This document shows positions 30,686 through 40,400 of a DNA stretch of 63,825 nt, piece by piece. A program made the position numbers and the translations under genes. This DNA comes from an uncultured Acetobacteraceae bacterium (GTDB lineage Bacteria > Pseudomonadota > Alphaproteobacteria > Acetobacterales > Acetobacteraceae), in contig CAXTNV010000004.1 in NCBI GenBank assembly GCA_964245755.1, positions 1 to 63,825 on the forward strand, written 5' to 3'. The notes under the pieces are model-generated. The model was not told the origin of the DNA, searched no databases, and was given only the letters and a program-made list of their open reading frames with translations. Numbering within the stretch: the stretch's first letter is position 1; the number at the start of each line of letters is the position of its first letter.

Positions 30686-32227
30686 TCAGACCTCCTCGAT
30701 CCGCCGCTCTTCGTCCGGAAGCAGGGTCAGGGCCCGCCAGTCGAGCTCCTCCTGCAGCAACCCGAACGCCTCCATGCCGAGCTGGTGGTCGGCGCGCAAC
30801 GCCTCGAGCGTGTCGCGTTCCGCTGCGATTGCGGCGAGGCCGAGGCTGCGTTGACGCAGGAGCGGCGCATGCCCCGAGGGATCGTCCGCTGCGCCGGACT
30901 GCACCAGGTAGGCGGCACGCAGGCGCTCCGCTTCCTGCCCCACTTCGCCGTCCAGCTTCTCCAGGGCTGCCGTCGCCAGGCGTGCTCGTGCCCTCGCAAG
31001 CTCCTGTTCGAGCCCTCCGCTCTGGTCCAGGCCAAGCAGCCGGATCAGGGGGCCGAGCGTCAAGCCCTGGAGCACGAGTGTTCCCAGGACGACGGAGAAG
31101 GCGGCCAGCACGACCTCGTCGCGCTGCGGGAACGACGCCGGCAAAGCGAAGGCGGTAGCCAACGTCAACAGGCCACGCATGCCGCACCAGCCGACCAGGA
31201 TCGCCTGCCGGACGGACGCCAGCTCCGGCAACCCTCGCTGCCGACGCCGCCATGTGATCCACCGGTTGTAGCCGATCACGACGGCAAGACGCGCGGCCAC
31301 CACGACCGCCACGACCATGACCGCGAAGCCTGACGCCTGTCGCAGATGATCCGCCCCCATGTGCGCGATGATCACGCGGGCCTGCATGCCCATCAACAGG
31401 AAGGCGAGCACGTTCAGGACGAAGACGACGGAGCCCCAAACCGCGTAGGAATGAACCCGCATGCGCGGAGAGGCAGCCAGGCTGGACGACCTGGCGACGG
31501 TCATGGCGAAGGCAACCACGCTGAGCACCGCCGACAGGCCCAGATGGTCCGCGACCGTCCAGACCAGGATCGTGTGGATGAACTGGAGCAGGTTGCCGCC
31601 GAGCGTGTCGGTGACGAAGCGGCTGAGCCAGCGGGCGGCCAGCCCGTAGCCGATCCCGAACAACACACCTCCCGGAGCGGCGACCGCCAGGTGCAGAGCT
31701 ACCGGAAGACCGAGGCCATCGTGCGACTGCACCGCCAGTGCCGTGCCGAACAGCAGCAATGCTGTGGCATCGTTGAACAGGCTCTCGCCCTTGAGCACTG
31801 CATCCGTGTCGCGCGGGATCGACACCGTGCTCAGCACGGCAACAGCCGCAGCCGCGTCGGGAGGTGCGACGATCGCGCCGAGCGTCAGCGCCGCCGCCAC
31901 CGGCAGGCCGGCGAACATCCATCCCACCCATCCGACCAGGATCGCCGTCACCAGCACCGCGAAGACGGCGAATGCCACCAGCGGCGCCCAGAAGCGGCGG
32001 GCGGCGCCGAGCGGGAAATCATAGGCGGCGTCGACCAGCGCCGGGGCGATGAACAGGGCGAGTGCTGTCTGAGGATCGATCTGGACGGTGGGCGAGCCGG
32101 GGATGAGCGTGATCATCACGCCGACCGCCCCCAGCATGGTCGGGTAGGGCACCGATAGCCGGCGGGAAAGCTGCAGCAGCATGGTCGCGGCGAGCAGCAG
32201 AACGAGCAGCGTCTCGAGGAAGGTCAC
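30686..32227 (-). CDS. Na+/H+ antiporter, CPA1 family (NhaP/YjcE-like)
   Basis: LGAIVAPPDAAA, LKGESLFNDATAL, WCGMRGLLTLA and many TM helices. Confidence 0.93.
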   Translation of the reverse strand: MTFLETLLVLLLAATMLLQLSRRLSVPYPTMLGAVGVMITLIPGSPTVQIDPQTALALFIAPALVDAAYDFPLGAARRFWAPLVAFAVFAVLVTAILVGWVGWMFAGLPVAAALTLGAIVAPPDAAAAVAVLSTVSIPRDTDAVLKGESLFNDATALLLFGTALAVQSHDGLGLPVALHLAVAAPGGVLFGIGYGLAARWLSRFVTDTLGGNLLQFIHTILVWTVADHLGLSAVLSVVAFAMTVARSSSLAASPRMRVHSYAVWGSVVFVLNVLAFLLMGMQARVIIAHMGADHLRQASGFAVMVVAVVVAARLAVVIGYNRWITWRRRQRGLPELASVRQAILVGWCGMRGLLTLATAFALPASFPQRDEVVLAAFSVVLGTLVLQGLTLGPLIRLLGLDQSGGLEQELARARARLATAALEKLDGEVGQEAERLRAAYLVQSGAADDPSGHAPLLRQRSLGLAAIAAERDTLEALRADHQLGMEAFGLLQEELDWRALTLLPDEERRIEEV

Positions 32228-32844
32228 GGCACTCCAATCATTCGCATTTCGGATCCGCTCCGGCTTCGGCCTCGCTGCCGAGGCATCCCGGCGGCTCGAG
32301 CCTCGGAATGTTCCCGCACCGCCTGTTCAGCTCCCTTTATCTGCTTGCCCCGGCAACTTGTGTTCCCGCACCGACCGCGGGGAACAGCGACTGGCTTCCT
32401 GCGCCGTGCGATGAAGCTTGGTGGTCGCGGATCGTCGCAGCGGTTGTGCGTCATCCATGGTCGCCGCCTCGATGACAACCGATCTCGGTGCAGCGTCCGG
32501 GAAGCCGGCAATCGCCGGCAGTGCCGTCTCGTCGACAGCGAGCGGTTCCCATCGCGCATCGGGGCGAAGATCGATCTCCATGCCGAGCCTTCTTGGGTGC
32601 AAGCGTCGGATCGCGTAGGCCCCGGCGCGCCGGTGTGTTTCCTCTTGTCGTTGCACAACGAGCTTCTACCACTGGCCAGGCAAGCTTAGGGCCGACACCT
32701 CGAGCGTGTCGCCCTTCATGTAATACAATGTCTCTTCGGCGCCAGCATTCCGGCAGCGGCATTCCGGCGGCGGCATTGCCGACGCGGCGCGCCAGCGGTT
32801 GATCGGATCGGGCCCCTGATGCCGTCGTGGGCACATCGCTCCGT

Positions 32845-33597
32845 TCAGGAGGGATTGAGTGCGGCGAATGCGGTTCGGTAGCGCCCCTCCCGCTCGGCCA
32901 GTCGCTCGCCTCTGGAGCGTTCCACCAGAACCTCACCTTCAGGATGATCACGTGCCGCGAGCAGCTGCATGACCTCGTCGACATATGCAGCGAGCGGCAT
33001 CGCGCGCGGGTCGGATACCTGATGCGGGCCGCTCAATGCGGTCTGCACGTAGGGCGGCGCCAGTTCGAGCACCTCGATGGGAAACTTGCGCAACTGGTAG
33101 CGCAGCGACTGCAGCCAGGAGTGCAGGAAGGCCTTGGTCGCGCAGTACGTCGGGAAGCAGGCGCGCGGCACGAAGGCCAGGTTCGAGGTCGTGGCCATGA
33201 TCATCGCGTCCGATTGTCGCTTCAGGGCGGGCAGGAGGGCTGCCACCACGCGCATGGTGCCGAGGATGTTGGTTTCGACCATCCCCTGCGCAGCGGACAT
33301 GTCCCAGCCGTTCGCCAGATCTTCCTGGCTCGAGATGCCGGCGTTGCCCAGCAGCACGTTCAGCTCGGGGAAGCGCCTGTCCAGATCCTCGGCGAGGCGA
33401 GGCAACGACGCCGGATCGGTCAGGTCGAGCTGCATCCCGACCATGCCCGGGCGGCCTGCCGCGACCTCGTCGAGCAGCCCCTGCCGACGCCCCGCGACGA
33501 TGACACGGTTGCCGCGGTCGTGGAAAGCCTCCGCAAGCGTGCGGCCGATGCCGCTGGTGCCGCCAGTGACGAGGATCGTGTTTCCGGTCATCTTCAT
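32845..33597 (-). CDS. SDR oxidoreductase (DltE-like)
   Basis: TGGTSGIG, NAGI, YCATK and ELAPPYVQT. Confidence 0.92.
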   Translation of the reverse strand: MKMTGNTILVTGGTSGIGRTLAEAFHDRGNRVIVAGRRQGLLDEVAAGRPGMVGMQLDLTDPASLPRLAEDLDRRFPELNVLLGNAGISSQEDLANGWDMSAAQGMVETNILGTMRVVAALLPALKRQSDAMIMATTSNLAFVPRACFPTYCATKAFLHSWLQSLRYQLRKFPIEVLELAPPYVQTALSGPHQVSDPRAMPLAAYVDEVMQLLAARDHPEGEVLVERSRGERLAEREGRYRTAFAALNPS

Positions 33598-33671
33598 GTC
33601 TGCTCTTTCTGTTTCGGAGCTGCGCGAGAACGTGCTCTACCTAGCAGCGCGTGTTCGTGATGTGACGCCAA

Positions 33672-34487
33672 ATGGTATCGATGAGACGCCAACCGGCCGG
33701 ACAGCCGCGGTTCCGGACGCTGCGGGCTACCAAGCCACGTGGAGCCGCGGCTGCCTTGCATGCTCACGACGAAGCACAGTTGATCTTCGCCGCTTCCGGT
33801 ACGATGCAGGTCTATACCGACTCCGGCCAGTGGCTTGTGCCGTCTCAGCTTGCCGTATGGGTTCCCCCTGGGATCTCGCATCGAACCGAGATGCTCTCCG
33901 ACACCGAACAATGGATGATCTACTGGCACGCCTCGGCCTCGCGGGCGTGGTCACCTTCGGAGGCCCTCGATCGTGCCTTTGCGCTGAGGGTGACTCCGCT
34001 TCTGCGGGAGCTGATATTTGCGGCTTTCGAGGCGGACGCCATCCCCGGCAAGACCGAGCTCGTCGTCAGGCTGATCCTGCACGAGCTCACCGAGACGCCG
34101 GATGCGCCGACCTTCCTGCCTCTGCCGTCGAGCGCGATCGGAAGACGCATTGCCGAACTGGCTCTTGCGGCGTCCCGGAGCCAGATCGACCTCGGCGAGC
34201 TCGCATCCCGTGCCGCCACCTCGGTTCGAACCATCAGCCGCCTGTTTCCGAGTGAGACGGGCCTGAGCTACAAGGCCTGGAGGCAACGGGCACGGGTCGT
34301 GCTGGCGATCGATCAGCTCTCCGCAGGAAGCTCGATCTCGCAGGCTGCCGCATATTGCGGTTTCGCCAGCGTTGCAGCGTTCAGCTTCGCCTTCCGACAG
34401 GTCACGAAGATGACGCCCACCACCTTTCTGGGCGATGCGAGACGTCGCCATCCTGCTGCCGGCGCCGGAGCGGCTCACCTGTGCTGA
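33672..34487 (+). CDS. AraC-family regulator (NimR-like, cupin + HTH)
   Basis: HAHDEAQL, AVWVPPGISH, RTISRLF...WRQRAR and GFASVAAFSFAFR. Divergent from the SDR. Confidence 0.92.
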   Translation: MVSMRRQPAGQPRFRTLRATKPRGAAAALHAHDEAQLIFAASGTMQVYTDSGQWLVPSQLAVWVPPGISHRTEMLSDTEQWMIYWHASASRAWSPSEALDRAFALRVTPLLRELIFAAFEADAIPGKTELVVRLILHELTETPDAPTFLPLPSSAIGRRIAELALAASRSQIDLGELASRAATSVRTISRLFPSETGLSYKAWRQRARVVLAIDQLSAGSSISQAAAYCGFASVAAFSFAFRQVTKMTPTTFLGDARRRHPAAGAGAAHLC

Positions 34488-34561
34488 GTCATGCGTGCAG
34501 CTCACCCCGGAGCGCGACGGTCGGCCGGGGTCGCAAGCTGATGCCCACAGCGGAGAAGCTC

Positions 34562-34996
34562 ATGGTCTCTCTCTTCCAAGCCTCCCGCATCGTCGACGCC
34601 GCTCTCGCTCATGCGCGTGAAAACAGCTTCGACCCGATGACGGTCGCCGTTCTCGATGCCCGTGGCTGCCTCGTCGCCCTCAAGATGGAGGACGGGTCGA
34701 GCCTGCTCCGACCGGAGATCGCCAGCGGCAAGGCGTGGAGTGCGCTCGCGATGGGGTTCGGCACACGCAATCTGGCATCGCGGGCGGAAAGGCTCCCGGC
34801 ATTCTTCGGGGCGCTCGCCGGCCTGGCTGACGGCCGCATGCTGACCGTCCCCGGCGGGGTGCTGATCCGCGACGACGGCGGCATCGTCATCGGCGCCGCA
34901 GGCGCGAGCGGCGACATCGCCGACAACGATGAGGCATGCCTGCTGGCGGGCATCAGGATAACGGGCTTCAGGGCGGATCCTGGCACGCCGCCATGA
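34562..34996 (+). CDS. GlcG/HbpS-family heme-binding protein
   Basis: VAVLDARG, IASGKAWSA, PGGVLI and GAAGASGD. Confidence 0.88.
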   Translation: MVSLFQASRIVDAALAHARENSFDPMTVAVLDARGCLVALKMEDGSSLLRPEIASGKAWSALAMGFGTRNLASRAERLPAFFGALAGLADGRMLTVPGGVLIRDDGGIVIGAAGASGDIADNDEACLLAGIRITGFRADPGTPP

Positions 34997-35035
34997 TCGA
35001 CCGGCCGAACCTTCGCCGTAGACAGGAGAAAGACA

Positions 35036-35461
35036 TTGCCCGAGATGTTCGAGAGAGATGATGGTCGGAGCTTCGGCGGATCGCCGGCAGACTTCAAGAA
35101 CCGGTGCTATACCTTCCTCGTCGTCCTCTGCAACGACAAGGATTTCGACAAGGTCCGGCAATACCTGGATCCCGAGTGCGTCTTGATCCATGAGGACAAT
35201 CCTCCCCTGAAAGGACCGGATGCCTTCGTGACCACGTGGCAGAAGACGCTCGAGAAGATGCCGAACTACCACAAGAACATTCGGGACATGATGCACGAGC
35301 CAGACCCTGAGCGGCCGGGAGCAGCTCGCATCTGGATCTACTCGCAGATCACCGGCATCACCGACACCGTGCGCGACAGTGTCGACATGATGCACTTCAC
35401 CGCAGAGGGCAGGTTTCTCGACAGCAAGGACATCCAGCGGGACACCAAGGGGAGGAGCTGA
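35036..35461 (+). CDS. SnoaL/NTF2-like domain protein
   Basis: AGGAG RBS. Pattern DFDKVRQYLDPECVLIH...GPDAF is typical of the NTF2-like fold. Confidence 0.7.
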   Translation: MPEMFERDDGRSFGGSPADFKNRCYTFLVVLCNDKDFDKVRQYLDPECVLIHEDNPPLKGPDAFVTTWQKTLEKMPNYHKNIRDMMHEPDPERPGAARIWIYSQITGITDTVRDSVDMMHFTAEGRFLDSKDIQRDTKGRS

Positions 35462-35479
35462 GCCTTCATCCTCTCCGTC

Positions 35480-35680
35480 AGGCAGGGCGGATCGCGAAGC
35501 TGCGCATGAACACGTTCAGGGCGTCCTTGCTGCCTCGGTGGATTTCTCGCATCCGCGTCACCCCGGTGATGCTGCCTTGCCCCGATGACAGGGTGCACGC
35601 GCTTCGGGCTCAACGGATTCGTGCTCAACTTCCCGATCCTCGCGTGTTCGTCCTGCGTGATGGTCCCGGCGGAGCGCACG
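35480..35680 (-). pseudogene. Fragment of a CsgA/C-factor-like SDR
   Basis: AGTIT...STNPLSPKRV, then in another frame SGQGSITGVTRMREIHRGSKDALNVFMRSFA (eroded YxxSK motif). Confidence 0.5.
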
Positions 35681-35826
35681 GTGCCTCCACGGAGCGCAAC
35701 GGCCGGTGACCGCCTCTGGGTCAGATCGGCACTATGCAGCGATCGCGTGCGCAAGCGCTTCTCGCCGTTGCTGCCCCCCAGGTTCAGTCGGTGACCGGGC
35801 GATCTACCGCAGGATCGCCGGGATGA

Positions 35827-36861
35827 TCATTCAGGGGCGGCATGGGCCGGCAGGTTGAAAGGGGTCACGATAGCGACGGACGACAACGGAAGGGCGGCCG
35901 TCCGCGGCAGCGCGCGCTGCGCCTGCAGGATCGCCCGGCAGGCGCAGCGCATGTCGCCGTGCAGGTCGTGGTGCAGCACCGCATGGATCCGGCCGGCCCG
36001 CAGCAGCCGTCGGTTGTCGGCGTCGAGGTCGTGGCCGATGAACACGCGGCAGGCACGAGCTTCGGCCCGGAAGGCGTCCAGGACGGCGTCGTTGCCACCG
36101 CCGATCGAGTACACGGCTTCAATGTCCGGCGCTTCCGCAAGTGCCGCACGCACCAGCAGGCCGGTCGCCCGATCCATGCCGCGCCCCTCGGCGATGGCGA
36201 CGATGCCGATACCGGGCGCATGCCGCTCCAGCGCCGCACGGAAGCCGGCCTCTCGCTGCTCCTCGCCGAGGAAGCGGTGGCTGGACAGGGTGACCAGGAC
36301 GCGAGCCCTGGCGTCCCTCATCCAGGCGGCTACCAGATACGCCGCCGTCTCCCCGGCCGCCCGATTGTCCATCCCCACGTACGACGTCCGCGGAGCGGCC
36401 GGGATGTCGGTCACCAGGGTCACGGTCGGGATCCGCAATGCCGAGAGTTCCGCCACGACGCCAGCGATATCGGGAAGGTCGGGCGCCTTGAGGATCACGC
36501 CGTGGCTGCCGCGTCGCCCGATGCGACGCAGGATGGCGATGATCTCGGCCGGCGCCGCCGTCTCGGTCAGATGAAAGCGGACGCGGAAGGCGGCGGGACG
36601 CAGCGATGGGAGTTCGGCCTCCAGCGCCTCGCGCACGGCGGAGCTGAACCGGCCCGGCGCGTCGATCACCACGTCGATGATGAAGCGCCGCCCGCGGAGC
36701 GACGCCTGCAGGCTCTGGCGCGCCAGCTCATCCACCGCCTGCCGGATGCGCTGCGTGGTCTGCGGCCGGACGCCGCCGCGGCGGTTGAGCACGCGGTCGA
36801 CGGTCGCAAGGCCGACCCCGGCCTGAAGCGCGATTTCCTTCATCGGGAACGTCCTGCGCAC
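35827..36861 (-). CDS. LacI-family transcriptional regulator
   Basis: MKEIALQAGVGLATVDRVLNRRGGV HTH, YVGMDNRAAG and YSIGGGN. Confidence 0.93.
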   Translation of the reverse strand: MRRTFPMKEIALQAGVGLATVDRVLNRRGGVRPQTTQRIRQAVDELARQSLQASLRGRRFIIDVVIDAPGRFSSAVREALEAELPSLRPAAFRVRFHLTETAAPAEIIAILRRIGRRGSHGVILKAPDLPDIAGVVAELSALRIPTVTLVTDIPAAPRTSYVGMDNRAAGETAAYLVAAWMRDARARVLVTLSSHRFLGEEQREAGFRAALERHAPGIGIVAIAEGRGMDRATGLLVRAALAEAPDIEAVYSIGGGNDAVLDAFRAEARACRVFIGHDLDADNRRLLRAGRIHAVLHHDLHGDMRCACRAILQAQRALPRTAALPLSSVAIVTPFNLPAHAAPE

Positions 36862-36875
36862 CGGGCTGCTCCGTG

Positions 36876-36892
36876 TTGAGGTGTTTTTGAGG
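36876..36892. promoter_or_regulatory. Candidate operator (TTGAGG-N5-TTGAGG direct repeat)
   Basis: 11-bp-period direct repeat in the short LacI/PhyH divergent intergenic region. Confidence 0.35.
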
Positions 36893-36957
36893 GCTTTGCC
36901 GGGGTTCAGGGACAGGCCGGGATCTTACTGTGGCGGGTGAAGAAGGGGGGATCGACA

Positions 36958-38151
36958 ATGAAAGCCGACAACATCTCGGCGCTGCGCGCCAGTGGCGCCT
37001 GGTTTGGCCCGGGTTCCTGCACGCTCGAGGATCTGCGGGCGCTGGTGCAGCGCGAGACCGGCGTTGACGACGTTCCGCTTGCCGCGCGTATCGACATGAA
37101 CGTCCCCCTCTACGAGTGCGCCGCGGTGCGGGAACTCGCGGCGACGCCTGCCGGGCGCCGCGAGGTGATGGCGGAGTGGATCTCGGTGTTTCGGGACGGC
37201 CCGGGCATCGTGGTGCTGCAGGGCGCCTTCGCCGACACCGGTCCGGTCGACGCCGCGACGCGTGTCTTCCAGCGCCTGATAGAGGCCCAGCGCGCCAGTG
37301 GAGCCGGCGGCGGCGACCACTTCGCCAAGGCCGGCGCCAACGACCGCATCTGGAACGCGCTGGAGAAGCTCTGCCTGGAAGAGCCCGAAACCTTTGCCGC
37401 CTACTACGCGAACGACATGATCGCGCTGGCGAGCGAAGCCTGGCTCGGTCCCTGCTACCAGGTCACGTCGCAACTGAACGTGGTCAATCCGGGCGGCGCG
37501 GCACAGACGGTGCACCGCGACTACCACCTCGGCTTCCAGGCCGCCGAGATGGTGGCGCGCTACCCGGTGCACGTGCACCGGTTCTCGCCGATGCTGACGT
37601 TGCAGGGTGCGGTCGCACATTGCGACATGCCGCTGGAGAGCGGCCCGACCCTCTACATGCCGTTCTCGCAGGGCTACGCGCCTGGCTATCTGGCGGCGCA
37701 GGACCCGTCGCTGCGCGACTGGTTCGGCAAGCACTGCGTCTCGCTGCCGCTGCGCAAGGGTGACGCGGTGTTCTTCAATCCGGCTTTGCTGCATGCCGCC
37801 GGGACCAACCGGTCCCCCGACATCCGCCGCATGGCCAACCTGCTGCAGGTGTCGTCGGCGTATGGCCGAGCGATGGAGAGCGTGGACCGCACGCGGATGA
37901 TCAAGGCGCTGTTTCCGGTTCTCCGGCGGCGGGCAGGAACGGGAGGGCTATCCGCCGCGGCGATCGACAACGTGATCGCCGCGTCCGCCGAGGGCTATTC
38001 GTTCCCGACCAACCTCGATCACGATCCGCCGGTCGGCGGCCTGGCACCGAGCAGCCAACAGGATCTGGTGCGAGACGCGCTCGCGGCGGGCTGGGACGAA
38101 GCGAAGTTCGAGGCGGCGCTCGAGGCGCAGCAGGGCAGACGTCTCTCCTGA
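36958..38151 (+). CDS. Phytanoyl-CoA dioxygenase (PhyH) family Fe(II)/2-oxoglutarate oxygenase
   Basis: HRDYH (HxD), ESGPT and GDAVFFNPALLHAAGTN...R (distal His, 2OG-binding Arg). Confidence 0.9.
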   Translation: MKADNISALRASGAWFGPGSCTLEDLRALVQRETGVDDVPLAARIDMNVPLYECAAVRELAATPAGRREVMAEWISVFRDGPGIVVLQGAFADTGPVDAATRVFQRLIEAQRASGAGGGDHFAKAGANDRIWNALEKLCLEEPETFAAYYANDMIALASEAWLGPCYQVTSQLNVVNPGGAAQTVHRDYHLGFQAAEMVARYPVHVHRFSPMLTLQGAVAHCDMPLESGPTLYMPFSQGYAPGYLAAQDPSLRDWFGKHCVSLPLRKGDAVFFNPALLHAAGTNRSPDIRRMANLLQVSSAYGRAMESVDRTRMIKALFPVLRRRAGTGGLSAAAIDNVIAASAEGYSFPTNLDHDPPVGGLAPSSQQDLVRDALAAGWDEAKFEAALEAQQGRRLS

Positions 38152-38236
38152 GCCGCGCCTCGACCACCCGGCCCTGCGGTCGCGCCTCTTGCCAGAAGTG
38201 CGGAACCGTGTGCCCGCTTGCCGATGGTCAAACGGC

Positions 38237-39124
38237 ATGGATGACGCGGATCTGCCGCAAGCCGACTCGGCACCGTCCGGCTCATCGCTGAGCCTGCAGA
38301 GCCCGCGCGACTTCAAGAGCCTGCGGGCGCTGATCGTCACGCGGCGCGACGCGCTGCCGAAGCGACTGCTGCAGGTGGCAGACTTCGCGGTCGACCATCC
38401 GCAGGAGATCGCCTTCGGGCGCGTCGCCGAGCTGGCACAGCAGGCTGGCGTGCAGCCTTCCACCCTGGTGCGCTTCGCGCAGACGCTCGGCTATGCGGGC
38501 TTCTCCGACCTGCAGGCGGTTTTCCGCGCTCATGCCCGGCAGCGCTGGCCGGACTACCGGGAGCGCCTGGACTCGCTGTCCGGCGAGGTCGAGGCCGGCG
38601 GTGCCGCGCCGGCCATGTTGCTGCACGGCTTCGTCCACGCCGCCCGGATCTCGCTGGACCACTTGGAGCAGACCATCGACGCCGAGGCACTGGAGCGTGC
38701 GGTCGGACTACTCGCCGGAGCACGATCGATCTCCCTGCTCGGGATGCGTCGGGTGCTGCCGGTCGCAGTCTATCTGACCTACGCGCTGCGCAGGCTCGGG
38801 CTGCGTGCCGAGACGATCGACAACGCGGGCGGCCTCGGCCACCGCCAGGTCGAGCTGCTGGGACCTGACGATGCGGTGCTGGCGGTGAGCTTCACGCCCT
38901 ATGCTGCGGAGACGCTTGAACTGGCGGGCGCGGCCGCGAAAAGCGGCGCCCACGTCGTCGCCATAACGGACAGCCCGTTCTCGCCGATGACCCAGATCGC
39001 CGAGGTCTGGCTCGAGGTCGCCGAAACCGACCACGCGGGCTTCCGATCGCTCTCCGCCACCTTCGCGCTCGCCACCACGCTCGCCGTGGCACTGGCGGAA
39101 TGCCGCCGCGAGAACGGAACTTGA
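38237..39124 (+). CDS. iolR: RpiR-family regulator of inositol catabolism
   Basis: VQPSTLVRFAQTLGYAGFSDLQ HTH and SIS domain (VSFTPY, AITDSPFSP). Located in the iol cluster. Confidence 0.85.
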   Translation: MDDADLPQADSAPSGSSLSLQSPRDFKSLRALIVTRRDALPKRLLQVADFAVDHPQEIAFGRVAELAQQAGVQPSTLVRFAQTLGYAGFSDLQAVFRAHARQRWPDYRERLDSLSGEVEAGGAAPAMLLHGFVHAARISLDHLEQTIDAEALERAVGLLAGARSISLLGMRRVLPVAVYLTYALRRLGLRAETIDNAGGLGHRQVELLGPDDAVLAVSFTPYAAETLELAGAAAKSGAHVVAITDSPFSPMTQIAEVWLEVAETDHAGFRSLSATFALATTLAVALAECRRENGT

Positions 39125-39129
39125 ATTCC
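39116..39129. promoter_or_regulatory. IolR box GGAA-N6-TTCC
   Basis: GGAACTTGAATTCC directly upstream of the Gfo/Idh/MocA gene. Confidence 0.7.
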
Positions 39130-39179
39130 ACTTCCTCTACCTCCTGGAATGACCTACCTGTCGGGCAAGCGGGAGAGTG

Positions 39180-40349
39180 ATGGTGGACCCGGAGACGCAG
39201 CGGCAACGTGGCGAGGCGGCGAGCATCGGCATCGGGCTGATCGGCAGCGGCTTCATGGGGCGGGCGCACGCGCTCGCGTTCCGCAGCGTCGCCGGGGTGT
39301 TCCCGCTGGCGGTCCAGCCGCGGCTGGAGCTGCTGGCCGACATCTCGGAGCAGCGCGCGGTCGAGGCCGCGCGAGCGCTCGGCTTCCGCCGCTCCACCCA
39401 TGACTGGCAGACGCTGGTGCGCGATCCGGACGTGGATCTCGTCGCGATCGCCACGCCGAACGTCATGCATGCGCCGATGGCACTGGCAGCGATCGAGGCA
39501 GGCAAGCACGTCTACTGCGAAAAGCCGCTGGCGACCACGCTGTCCGATGCGATCGCCATGACCCGCGCGGCCGAGTCAGCCGGCATCGTGACGATGGTCG
39601 GGTTCAACTATCTCAAGAACCCGATGATGACGACCGCGCGCGAGATCGTCCGGAACGGCGAGATCGGGGAAGTGACCGGTTTCCGCGCCGTCTTCGCCGA
39701 GGACTTCATGGCCGATCCGCTGGCGCCGTTCTCCTGGCGCTGCGAAGAGCGCCAGGCAGGTGGGGCCCTTGCCGATATCGGCAGCCACGCGATCGCCCTT
39801 TCCCGCTTCCTGCTTGGCGACGTCGAGAGCGTGTGCGGGCGCCTCGACACCATCCACACGACGCGGCCGCTGCCGTCCGGAGGCGTCCGGGCGGTGGAGG
39901 TGGACGACCAGGCGGCGATCCTGGTGCGGTTCGCCGACCGGGGCTTTACGGCGGGGCTGCAGGCGAGCTGGCTGGCCACCGGCGAGGTGATGCAGCTGGC
40001 GTTCGAGCTCAGGGGGACGAAGGGCGCGATCACCTTCACCCAGGAGAGGCTCAACGAGCTGCGGCTGTTCCGCTTCGGCGGCGACCCGGCCCGCAAGGGC
40101 TTCACCACGATCCACGCCGGGCCGGCGCACGCGGAGTACGGCGCGTTCATTCCCGCAACCGGCCACCAGCTGGGCTTCAATGACCTGAAGGTGATCGAGG
40201 TGCGCAGGTTGCTCGATGCGGTGGCCGGAGCAGCGGCCAGCGACATGGACTTCCGCGAGGCGCTGGCGGTCACGCGGGTCATGCACGCGATACGGCGTTC
40301 TTCGAGCGAGGCGCGCTGGGTCCCGCTCGCCGAGATCGAGGACGCATGA
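39180..40349 (+). CDS. Gfo/Idh/MocA-family oxidoreductase (putative inositol-isomer dehydrogenase)
   Basis: IGSGFMG, IATPN, HVYCEKPL and GGALADIGSH. Confidence 0.92.
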   Translation: MVDPETQRQRGEAASIGIGLIGSGFMGRAHALAFRSVAGVFPLAVQPRLELLADISEQRAVEAARALGFRRSTHDWQTLVRDPDVDLVAIATPNVMHAPMALAAIEAGKHVYCEKPLATTLSDAIAMTRAAESAGIVTMVGFNYLKNPMMTTAREIVRNGEIGEVTGFRAVFAEDFMADPLAPFSWRCEERQAGGALADIGSHAIALSRFLLGDVESVCGRLDTIHTTRPLPSGGVRAVEVDDQAAILVRFADRGFTAGLQASWLATGEVMQLAFELRGTKGAITFTQERLNELRLFRFGGDPARKGFTTIHAGPAHAEYGAFIPATGHQLGFNDLKVIEVRRLLDAVAGAAASDMDFREALAVTRVMHAIRRSSSEARWVPLAEIEDA

Positions 40350-40400
40350 GGCAGCGGCCGGCCGGCTGATGCAGCGCAGCTGCCGCATGACCCGGCCGCC

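Noticed and set aside
32230-32840. Small ORFs between the antiporter and the SDR
   Set aside because: No RBS, motif or coherent composition was recognised.
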